A DNA stretch of 52,103 bases, the filler included, from Sphacelaria rigidula (lineage: Eukaryota), in NCBI GenBank assembly GCA_964200075.2. It is 3 parts of 3 records of this genome, joined end to end, with 100 filler letters (N's around TTAATTAATTAA, not from the genome) between each part and the next. Parts side by side here need not be neighbours in the genome. Positions count along the whole stretch, not along the records: positions 1 to 17,306 come from CAXNAA020001114.1; positions 17,407 to 34,709 come from CAXNAA020001115.1; 1 more part is not named here. One strand, 5' to 3'. The position numbers and the translations under genes are program-made. The notes under the pieces were generated by a model that saw only the letters and a list, made by a program, of their open reading frames with translations, did not search any database and had not been told where the DNA came from. Positions 14,801 through 24,249 of this stretch are shown here, in pieces; position 1 is the first letter of the stretch; every line of letters begins with the position of its first letter.

Positions 14801-15335
14801 GTGAATCTCTTCGGCGTTCGAGAGAACGCGCGCCAGTAGCACTCCGGGGCTGACAGCGTGTATGATTGCACGGCACACGGCCAACGTTGCTCGGGGCGGC
14901 AGCGGCATAAACGACGCGATCAACACGCTCGCATCATCACCTTTACTTACCGCTATGCGATCTTTTTGTCGGCGTCGTCGTTGCGGGCTACATTGCTCCT
15001 GCCAAGCGGGGAAAAACGCCTTACGCAGGATCGTACACGCAGCGTCGAAGCTGTCAACAGCCTCCTCGCAATCGTCAGTCGTTGGTGGGGTTCGCCTACA
15101 CTCCGCTAGACTCGTACCGGCCCCGCGGTTTGTGGTGTTGAATCCAGCTGTGGGCGTGCCCCCAGGCCACAATCCATCACTCCTCCAAGATGCTACAACA
15201 ACGCTGATGAGGGCATTGGAGGCATGAGTGATGGTCTCTCGGGTTGCTGCAGGTGTTGACAACACCCTCAGGCACACTGCACCGACTCGCAGAGCCATCG
15301 ACTTGCCCCCATGTACATGTCCCACTTCCCAGTGC
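137..15335 (-). CDS. THADA: THADA/Trm732-like armadillo/HEAT-repeat protein (tRNA 32-2'-O-methylation cofactor, DUF2428 family); multi-exon, partial at both ends
   Basis: Manually spliced GT-AG exons: 14687-15335, 14091-14333, 12269-12439, 10907-11077, 7214-7307, 6678-6799, 6282-6347, 3870-4067, 3391-3531, 2826-2980, 2018-2278, 681-1712, 137-329. Phases are consistent from 11077 down to 137. Extra candidate exons at 13243-13361 and about 13515-13627 are uncertain. Peptides resemble THADA motifs in order: ARYIALTVLLPRVG, WAMLEVARHARKSG, SALHMNETLRMSAISLLC, LYPGCPFERE, LLGSSWDRTR..ILARFPRPLPG, SGRQRESERGALILRL, VNANGHMG, VVGAWLLAKESCRCL, IGEALLDSLLALKHMGCVAFAQ. Confidence 0.85.
7070..7104. repeat. 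(GT)n microsatellite
   Basis: Uninterrupted TG/GT dinucleotide run inside a THADA intron. Confidence 0.95.
8700..8892 (+). repeat. Probable retroposon 3' end with (TCAA)n microsatellite tail
   Basis: A T-rich segment is followed by about 10 TCAA units at 8851-8892. The microsatellite is certain. The retroposon origin is inferred from the tail-like arrangement. Confidence 0.5.
8928..9130 (+). mobile_element. Dispersed repeat family, copy 1 (probable end of a non-autonomous DNA transposon)
   Basis: About 200 bp collinear with 33733-33935 on a different contig; shared core gtacgaatcaatc.ttaggctttgttttcagcgttgcaa...gcgcagcccaggcacg...ttgagcaatcagg. Confidence 0.75.
11346..11387 (+). repeat. Interstitial telomeric repeat, about 7 TTAGGG units
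   Basis: gttagggctagggttagggttagggttagggttagggttagg inside a THADA intron. Confidence 0.9.
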
Positions 15336-15387
15336 CTGCAAACAACGCCCCACGAATCACGGTGTAAGAGAAAGAGGGCGACCAATT

Positions 15388-15425
15388 ACATATACATATA
15401 TATATATATATATATATACATATAT
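15388..15425. repeat. (TA)n microsatellite, interrupted
   Basis: acatatacatatatatatatatatatatatacatatat. Confidence 0.9.
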
Positions 15426-15807
15426 TTCAGTGTTTCAAACCGGGCACCGTTGAACCCGACCAATCAGCCGGGTATGTGGCATACGTACAGGGGTCAACCG
15501 ATTGGTGAAAAGATTTTCCGCAGTGTCACAAAGCACAAGACGACAGACGTACCAATTCCACATGGCAGATCGTGTAAAACGCAATAAACCACGCCTATTA
15601 TGTTCATGGCACGATGGGCTACTGGATCTCCCCGTCGCAGCTGTGAAGAGCGCATTAGATGAAGACCATGACCAAGTTGCGCGACACTACCGGCCGAAGG
15701 CGGCCAAATCCACGTCGATATCTGTACTCCAGCAGACAACTTTGGCTTGTTCTTAACGTCGGAGGTACGTTCTGAAACCTCCCATTCGTTTCCCATTTCC
15801 ACCAGCT

Positions 15808-16176
15808 GCCGGTTGCCCCGGTGGCTCAGTAGATGACATGAAAACCTTTTGATGCTTGGGTCGTGGATTCGAATCTCGGTGCAGGCACACGATCTGGGAT
15901 TTTTCTTCACACCATGCCCAAAAGCGAGAGAGTGACGATGTCGTGGGTACACAAAATTCGACTTCACAGTCGACGAGGAAAAGGGGCTGCTAAGCCCCTC
16001 TCGCGATAAAATACAAGGCAAGCATCCACAGAAGGACGGTGGAGCACTAAAACAAACAAAACAAAAAATTCTGTGTTGGCCTTCCTCCTGTGTGACCCCG
16101 GTCGATGCGCCCACACACACCGAATGGTGTAGACTGGCGTCCAGAATAGATGGGACGACAACACATACACGCACAC
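15808..16176 (+). mobile_element. tRNA-derived SINE, full-length copy
   Basis: Head gccggttgccccggtggctcagtag (A-box-like) and ggattcgaatct (B-box-like). Body is collinear with 31650-32004. Ends in a cgtcc..ggacg stem-loop and a (CA)-rich tail. Confidence 0.8.
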
Positions 16177-17223
16177 TAACTAGCTAAAATGGAAAAAACG
16201 ATGGTTTCATAATAAGGCGCTTTCCATATCCAATCACATGGTGTCACACCAGCAGCGCAACCACCCAGTATCGCGATCATGCCCCAAAATAGCAAAATCA
16301 CACTCATAGCGCAACAAGTGCAGCCCATTTTTGTGCAGTATCGGGGTTGTGTATGCGTATGTGCCCAAAACTGCACGAAAAAAACAGCAGTGCTGTTTTT
16401 CGGGGGTGCCCAACTTGCCAACATGGAAGTGAGAGCGAATAGCGCGATGCGGACAGGTCGTGCAGCTCTTCAAGGACAAAAAAATAAACAAATGGAAAAT
16501 GCGGATGGAAAACATGCAAAGATGGCAAAAACACGTGAAGGACAAGATAGCGATATCTGCGATTTACGGATGGGGACTGGAAGCCACATACTGTACTATC
16601 CAGGTAGAGCACGAAAATTAGCGCGGAATGTAGCAGATTCATGGTCCCAGCCGGAACCTGAGATAAAGCTCGAGAAAGACACGGGCGTGGGGTGCTTAGC
16701 CGTACAATAGTAGCATAGATCCCCGCGCTCCGATTACCCTCTGGTACTGGTACATCTTGGAACCGGTAAGGGCAGAGTAGGCGATTAGTAGGTATAACTC
16801 TCCGCGTTTTTTCGTCTAGAGCATATGATTTCAGTCCTTACAAACGTGAGCGCATGTTATTTATATATGTGTTTCGAAGGCGCAGCTGCTTTCCGTGTTC
16901 CAACACATGAGGAAGTGAGCAGCTAAGAAAATCTGACGGAAATCGACGCGATGTGGGAGTGCTGAAAGATCGCATCATAAGGGAGCCCTTCAAAATTATA
17001 TTTTCGAAACATTTCAACCGGCGGTAACAAGAACCACTTTGATCGAACAAAACCGTGACGATTTTGAACGAAAGTGACCCCCCAATGTTTGAACGGGCGT
17101 TGAATTTCGGCCAGGAGCTAGAACTCGGGAGGCGATTCTGAACGCTTGAGGACCTGTTCAACATTTGGCACGAGAAGTGAAATATGGGACATGTCATATT
17201 TACAGTACTGTACTGTACTGGGA

Positions 17224-17306
17224 GCCGGTCGCCCCAGTGGCTCAGTTGGTAACATCGTAACCTTCTGATGGTTGAGTTGGGGGGTTCGATTCCTGGAGCG
17301 ATCTGG
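17224..17306 (+). mobile_element. tRNA-derived SINE, 5' head truncated by the contig end
   Basis: gccggtcgccccagtggctcagttggtaa...ggttcgattcc, with canonical Pol III A box (TGGCTCAGTTGG) and B box (GGTTCGATTCC). Same head as the copies at 15808 and 31650. Confidence 0.8.
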
Positions 17307-17406
17307 NNNNNNNNNNNNNNNNNNNNNNNNNNNNNNNNNNNNNNNNNNNNTTAATTAATTAANNNNNNNNNNNNNNNNNNNNNNNNNNNNNNNNNNNNNN
17401 NNNNNN
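17307..17406. other. Artificial contig linker (N44-TTAATTAATTAA-N44)
   Basis: Exactly 100 nt with a six-frame-stop spacer at 17351-17362. Confidence 0.97.
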
Positions 17407-17937
17407 GCTCCGTCCCGGCTTTGTGGGGATGCGAGGTCAATGGTGTTATGACTATGGCATGCATGATCATGAGTACGCCCCTCAACTTTATTCTTTTTTC
17501 AACGAGTTGTCGAGGGTTTTGCACCGCAAAAACCTGTTCCGATTTTTTTAGTACAGATAACTCACGAGAAAAAAAAATGAAGTCAAGGGTTGACAGTAGG
17601 GGCTTTGCACATACCTCACGTACATCGTATCGAAATTTCATAGCAGACGACTCAAAATTGAGCAGCGCAGCCGCATTCCCTGTCGAAAACCGGTGGACTT
17701 GCTGTGAGAGTACAGCAACCTCAGCGGGAACTTCCACGTTTGCTACAAGTTTTTTCCACCCACTGCTCACCGGTTGGCACACTACTACCAGACGCCTTGG
17801 CGTGCTGGGGGCCTCATCTGCGTGTCATCTCAGACACTGCGCACCTATAGCACGACATGCATTATTGTAGAATCACAACTTGTGCGACACCACCACTTTG
17901 CGGCCGCGGAACAACCGACGGTAGTGACCGAAAATTC

Positions 17938-18474
17938 CAAGATTGTGTTCTGTAAGGTTCGGGTACGTTCTGTAGGGTACGAGATTCCTTACAGAACTTA
18001 CAGAACTGTCGGGTACCGGTATGAAATCTTACAGAAATTACAGGACTTGTCGGGTACGGTATGGGAGGCTTGCAAAAAACCGGTACTGGCAATCGGGTAA
18101 CTCTTCTAGGGCATACCCGCCCCTCAGGTTAGGATAAAGTTTTTGTGCAGAACTCACAGAACTGTCGGGTAAGGGTATGAGAGGCTTACAGAACTCACAG
18201 AAACTGTCGGGTAGGGTATGGAGGTTGCACAGAAAATCGTACCCGCAACTGGGTATCTTGTCAAGAGCATACCCGTGCCCCCCGGTAACGGTACGGGAGG
18301 CCTACAGAACTCACAGAACTATCGGGCACGGGTATGAAGGTCTTACAGAGATTACAGAGCTGTCGGGTACCGGTAAGGATATATTACAGAGTTTACAGAA
18401 CTGTCGGGTACGGTAAATACCCGACAAAATATCCCGGGTATACAGAAAACCGTACCCTACACAACACGACCTTG
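17938..18474. mobile_element. MITE-like element with about 25-bp terminal inverted repeats and an internal tandem-repeat array
   Basis: Left end caagattgtgttctgtaaggt matches the reverse complement of the right end ccgtaccctacacaacacgaccttg. The interior is degenerate units of about 40 bp (acagaactcacagaactgtcgggtacgggtatg). Confidence 0.8.
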
Positions 18475-19169
18475 GTATTATCATCACCCCTGTGGTGGGA
18501 CCGACGTCACCACAACAACAGTGGCGAAATACAGATAACAGTTCGCGAAAACTCGGAACGGCTTCACGGGGTTGATAGAGAAAGATTACACGAACAATCG
18601 CAGAAGTACATGTGCACGGGATCGTCGACATCTATCGGCTTAACGTACACTCCCAGAGAGTACATGAAGGAGCATTCACGGCTGCCCAATCTCTGGAAAC
18701 CCTTCGGCATGCGACAAAATCGCCGACGGCCTTCCTGACGAGTTTCGGTGGCAGCTCATACTCTGCGCTGTACAAGATGTCGATGATGGCCTGGGGTTTG
18801 ATGACCACGACACAACCGTCGATGACGTGCGCCTTGCTACTTGATTCCCTGGTGATGCATATGAACCGTCCCCGCTCGAGTCACCACTTGAATCTGAGGG
18901 TGATCCACTTTGACGGTCTGCAGTGCTGCTCATGTTTCATGTTCCACCCAGCGGTACCTCGTATCCCGCCAGATTCCAAACTACAGTAGTTTTCAACATT
19001 GAATTAATGTTGGTGTGTAGTTTTGAATGAAAGAGTTGGGTGGGTTGATCGATGGGAGGTACATGTCCAGGTCATGAGGTTGTGTTTGGATTGAGTCTAT
19101 ATCCGCGTGCCTCCCCAAGGTATATATATACCTATGCTCATACCTGCAATCGAATATATCTATAACGGT

Positions 19170-19694
19170 ATACCCTCATCCTGGGTAGGGGTACGGGAGG
19201 CTTACAGAGCTCACAGAACTGTCGGGTACCGGTACTGGATGAAAGTCTTACAGAAACTACAGAACTTGTCGCGTACGGTATGGGAGGCTCCCAGAAAATC
19301 GGTATTGGCAATCGGGTACTATTCAAGAGCACACCCGCGCTCCGGGTACGGGTAAATATTATGTACAGAAGGCATAGAACTGTCGAGTGAGGGTATGGGC
19401 GGCTGACAGAACTCACAGAAACTGTCGGGTAGGGTATGGAAGTTGCACAGAATACCGTACCCGCAATCAGGTATCTTATCAAGTGCGTACCCATGCCCCC
19501 TCGGTAACGGTACGGGGGTCTTACAGAGATAACAGAACTATTGGGTGAGGGTATGAAAGTCTTACAGAGATTACAGAACTGCCGGGCACCGATATGAAAG
19601 TCTTACAGAAGCCACAAAGCTGTTGGGTACGGCAAATACCCGGCAAAAATACCCCAGGTAAACAGAAAACCGTACCCTACAGAACACAGCCTTG
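19170..19694. mobile_element. Second copy of the same tandem-repeat MITE-like element, left end not recognisable
   Basis: Same internal units; right terminus ccgtaccctacagaacacagccttg ending at 19694. Confidence 0.78.
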
Positions 19695-21576
19695 AAAAAA
19701 TCGATTTCAGCCGGTTTTCCCCCTTAATTCCGCCGCACATGTCTCTCTCAAGTCTCAACTCTTTACACTTCGCAGCTGACTACAGTTTGATATTTTGTTT
19801 GATGAGACTTTGTCGGATCACGGTGCTACGTGGATTTAAAGACGCGCGCTGATTTGCAGATCACCACGATGTGCCATAGTAGGCACAACTCGCGATGCAT
19901 CGTCAGTTAGAACGGGCTGAAGGAATGGTAGTTTCTTAGGGAGCCCAGCCCGTACAGTAAGAATTCCACTGAAAGTATGCACTATAAAATAAATAACCGG
20001 AAAGCCTCTTGACATTTTATCTTGTGACTGTCATAGAAAAGATATGATCGCCATCAAACTAGGCGGTTTGGAAGATATGGGTGCTACAAACGGAGAACCA
20101 AATCGTTCAAGAGTAATTAGAAGTATATATGCTCTCTACCGGCTTCCGGGGGGTCCGTCCCAGCGTCAAGACCCCCAGAAGCCGGCACAGATTGCCTGAA
20201 AATAAAAAGTTCAAAATTGACTTGCCCCGAGGTAGTCCGAGTGTACAAAATTTCGTTGCGCAACTTAGAGCTGATTCTAAAAGGTCGGTGCAAGCTCAAG
20301 CGTACAATAAAAACGTCGGTAGCATACTATTATCAAGTGATTACGGGGATTCCGCGTACATTTGTATACTTCAACGCACATGCGGACGATTTCTCAAGCC
20401 ATTCTTTCAAGGCAGGCCCTGACATTTTCACACGAGTGCTGTGTGATATTTTATTTTAGACCGACGTTTGGAACCCCGGATATCTGGCGAGAAAAACCAA
20501 ATATATAGAACATTCATACGAGTTTCTAAATATCCCAGAGCACCCCTGTGCGAAATGTCAGGGTCTAACTTGAACAATTGGCATGAGTATAGCTGGGGAG
20601 TAAATTGTGGTCGTACATCCTGAAACAACCTGGATGCACATAGTCATCACGTTCGTTTGAACGAAAGTACACATCCTTGTACTCACTCTTTGTCCACTTG
20701 TATGACCATTTTTGAGCCTTTAATTCAAGCTGTGACCGGCTGGGCTCTACCGCATGATGTTTCCATCCCATTCGAAGCTTGCACAAGGCAGCGGGGTGTA
20801 TGTTCCTGTTATTCCCATTCAAAAGCTTCCCCGCTCCCGAGTGTATGTGTATGAACCTGGTCGTTTTTGCACCAATTTTTCAGGTTGCCTGAACGAAGTC
20901 AAGGGCTTGTAAGCGATATGAGTATCCCCATAAATGAAACCAAGGGGTGAGTGACGTGAATCCGCCCCCACAGTTGAGTTGGCGACGCACCCATGACGCA
21001 GTGTAAAAGCCCTGGCTGTCTCTGGAAGTGGCGATTCCGGAAAATAAAGCAAATCATTGTTGGTTGCCATCCAAATGCAAGATTATCAGTAGGCCTCGGG
21101 CCAAACAATCTTAGCAGGATGCAGCTCACCCTTCATGCGACTCGCCGAACACACCACGCGCTTCGCGTATGGTGGTTTGAGTGCGAGCCTGGTCCGGCGA
21201 AAACATGGCGTGCTCCGTCCCGGCTTTGCGACGTCAAAGGTGTTATGACTATGGCATGCATGATCATGAGTACACAGCTGAGTTTTCGGACTTATGGGGA
21301 TGGGCCGTCACCTTATTTCGACGAACCTTGGGAATTTTTGTCATAATAGACCTCGTCATCTACTCACCGTGTACGTTATCAGTGCTGAAAGAGGTGAGGT
21401 ATCATGAACACATGGCAGGTCAGGCAATCTATTTGGACTCTTTGTGCCGAGGACGAAATCGTCACCGTAGCAAAGCGTGTTTCGGTAGAAGTCAACACCC
21501 CACTTTGACTACGAAGGATGGGGTATGACACGCGCTGACAAGTGCTACACGACTTTGCTGCACGCGGTTTGATCAG

Positions 21577-23014
21577 GCCAAGGGTCTCCTGGACACCGAA
21601 CAGGGCCCGTACATTGTGGTTGCGGTCCAAGAGTGTACTCGTATGAATGTTCTGCTGGGTGAGCTAAAACGATCTCTCGTTGAGCTGGTGAAGGGAATGG
21701 ATGGGCAACTCAGCAAGACGCAAGCTATGGAAGATCTTCAACAAGCACTTGCTAAAAATGAGGTGGGCACCTACAAAAAGTGCCTCAGTTCCAGCCATCG
21801 TTGGTACAAGAACGAGCTACATGAAGTATGTTCATGTCAAAAGGCAATAGCAAGAACTGAGGGAATGAGCGAATTGAGTCAGTAGAAGTTGAGGACATGA
21901 GATTTTCTTTCTTCATTTTGTTGGGCTACTAGAACTGAGACACAGCTAGCTTTCCCTGCTCTCCCAGGTTCCCGGGCGCGATCTCTACAGCACGTGCTCG
22001 TGGGAAAGGCATGCTTGGCCGTCGAGAAAAAGTCTGTCGTCCTGGCTTGTCGACCTTGCTGAGAGGGTAGGGCTACTTCGAAGGTGGACAGCTACGCTAT
22101 CGTGCCTCCCAAATCCACTGTGGCTCTCCGGGCTGTTCAACCCGAAGGCATTTCTGACAGCATTAAAGCAAGTCTTCTCGAGAAAACTGGGGCTACCATT
22201 GGATAAAATTACGGTTGAGACACGAGTGACGTGCATGGAGACATCGGAAGAGGTCGCGGCAGTTGGCTCCAGCCCGCCGCAGGGGGCGTTGGTTCATGGA
22301 CTTTTCGTTGAAGGAGCTCGTTGGCAGGGCTTCAGCGAGGTACGCCAGAATGACACTGTTTCCATTATGTATCCAATTCCGGCATGGAATTTATTCATGA
22401 GTTAACATGTGCCGTAAAACGTAGGCCTCGAGCTGCTAAAAACCGGTAATAGGGTATGGTCGTTTGGAAATATGCCCGTGTGTCTACTCTATTCGCCGAA
22501 AAGAGCGTTTCATCACCGTGCGAGTCAAGAAGGTTGGAGTGTGCAAATGTAATCCGATTTTCACGAACTACGCAAGTAACCCGATGCGAAATCGCCGACG
22601 ACATCGAGCATATTGATTTTATCCTATGCGATGCAGGCAGCAGGGGACGGGGAGCAGGATGGGGAGGAAATGGAAGAGGTGGCTGCGAGGCTACGGCTTC
22701 TCGCAGAGAGAAAAAAGGCCGAGGAGTCTGTCGAAGATATCATTCGCTCCGACGGCCATCTAGCTGACTCGCGGTCCAAAGGTCTCATGTCATGGTTGCC
22801 CATCATTTACATAAAGGCCGTTCCTGTGGCCGAGGCATGGACCCCTGCTTCAGTTGGATATCTACGTGGGGAGAAGGATGTATACGACTGCCCGGTTTAC
22901 CTCACGTCAAGTAGAGGGTCGACTTTCGTGTTTTTAGCCAGCCTACGTACCGTCGACGCCTCCCGAAAGTGGATAGTGGCCGGCGTGGCGGTTGTCATGC
23001 AGACTGATCTTTGA
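21577..23014 (+). CDS. Dynein heavy chain, C-terminal domain (last three exons; probably axonemal type); 5' part not found on this contig
   Basis: Exons 21577-21762, 21968-22339 and 22637-23014 (TGA), all phase 0 with GT-AG. Dynein C-terminal motifs: GPYIVVAVQECTRMNVLL, AWPSRKSLSSWLVDL, LWLSGLFNPKAFLTALKQ, GALVHGLFVEGARW, YDCPVYLTSSRGSTFVF, KWIVAGVAVVMQ. Confidence 0.92.
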
Positions 23015-24249
23015 TTGTGTGACCCGAAATACGGTACTGATGGGTTTTAGCCGAACACGTTTTACCGCATACCGTTGACGGAGCAGCGAGACGAGCTACT
23101 TGGTTTGTATTATTTGCGTATTTTCACTCAATTTCGGCGTGGTGTTGTTGGCACGACAGAAATGACAGTTTTCATGTTCTGACTCGCCGTCACCAAACTA
23201 TCGATTTCCCATTACGAGGTTTGTCAAATGCTCAAAGCACGAAGGCGCTTGAGCACCACCTTCCACCTGTGATAACAGTACAGCTTTCTCAGCAAGCTTC
23301 CTCTCATTTCCTGCTCGACTGCTTGTGTATAAATCATGCCGGACAGCGGAGCTCATACATGTGTATGCGAAGAGTAAGATTACGTGCATACGTCTATCAC
23401 AACGCCACGCGTTGGTCCCAAGAGACATAAAGGACAATGGGCGATCGATATATCCATGCAGGTGGCTTTAGTGACTCTGGGCAAATGTTGGTGCAGCGCA
23501 CGAAGTTTGCAGGGTCGTTCACGGTCACAACGAAACGGACAATACGCACCCGAGGTGAAACACGGCGCACGGTAGTGCCAATAACTACTCGTTGTATATT
23601 CCGGGCAGTCACGTTCCCATCAGAATACCGCGCTCATTTTTCAACATACAGGATGACGTCATGACCATCATCATCACTGTCCTACCACAGGAAGCACTTT
23701 TTTCGGCGTGACCTGGGTGAATTTGACAACCCTTCAAATATCGCCTTTCAGTCCGCATTCGCACACCTTCTTCGCTCTGGTGGCATCATATTAAGCTTGG
23801 TCACGCACATAGCACGTAAGCAAAAGTGTGCTTGTGCAACTCACATGAGTTCGATGGAACAAACCGATTGTAGCACGCAATTCATGTTGACAAATTGTAC
23901 CAGACGCCAACTGAACGGTAAGACCCCGTTGAACGCACTCCTCGCAGGTTGGCTTGCTATTGTGACAGATGTCACCATCTTGCAACACTACAACACTACA
24001 CTCCGTTGGCGTGTCCTGCGCACCCATTACCTCCGGTGATTCATGTCCGAAGCGCGCTGATACGAAGCGCTTCATGGCGTAAACCCCTGGACCGCTCCCA
24101 CTCAGCTCACAAGCCAAACATGAAAAAGACTAAACTACGCAGCCTAACCTGTAATGTTGCCCGTAAGTCCGTACTAGTGAATCCCTCACGTCGCAATACA
24201 TCTTGTTGCCAGCTGCATCAAGTCATCAATACACAGGCCACTAAAAGTT

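Noticed and set aside
17224..17306. tRNA gene
   Set aside because: It has A and B boxes but no convincing cloverleaf acceptor stem, and the same head continues into a shared ~360-bp body in two other copies. It is better explained as a SINE head.
17351..17362. TTAATTAATTAA palindrome as a biological motif (also 34754-34765)
   Set aside because: It is centred in exactly 44 Ns on each side, so it is an assembly spacer.
17938..19694. CRISPR-like array
   Set aside because: Units are degenerate tandem repeats with no unique spacers, the context is eukaryotic, and there are no cas genes.
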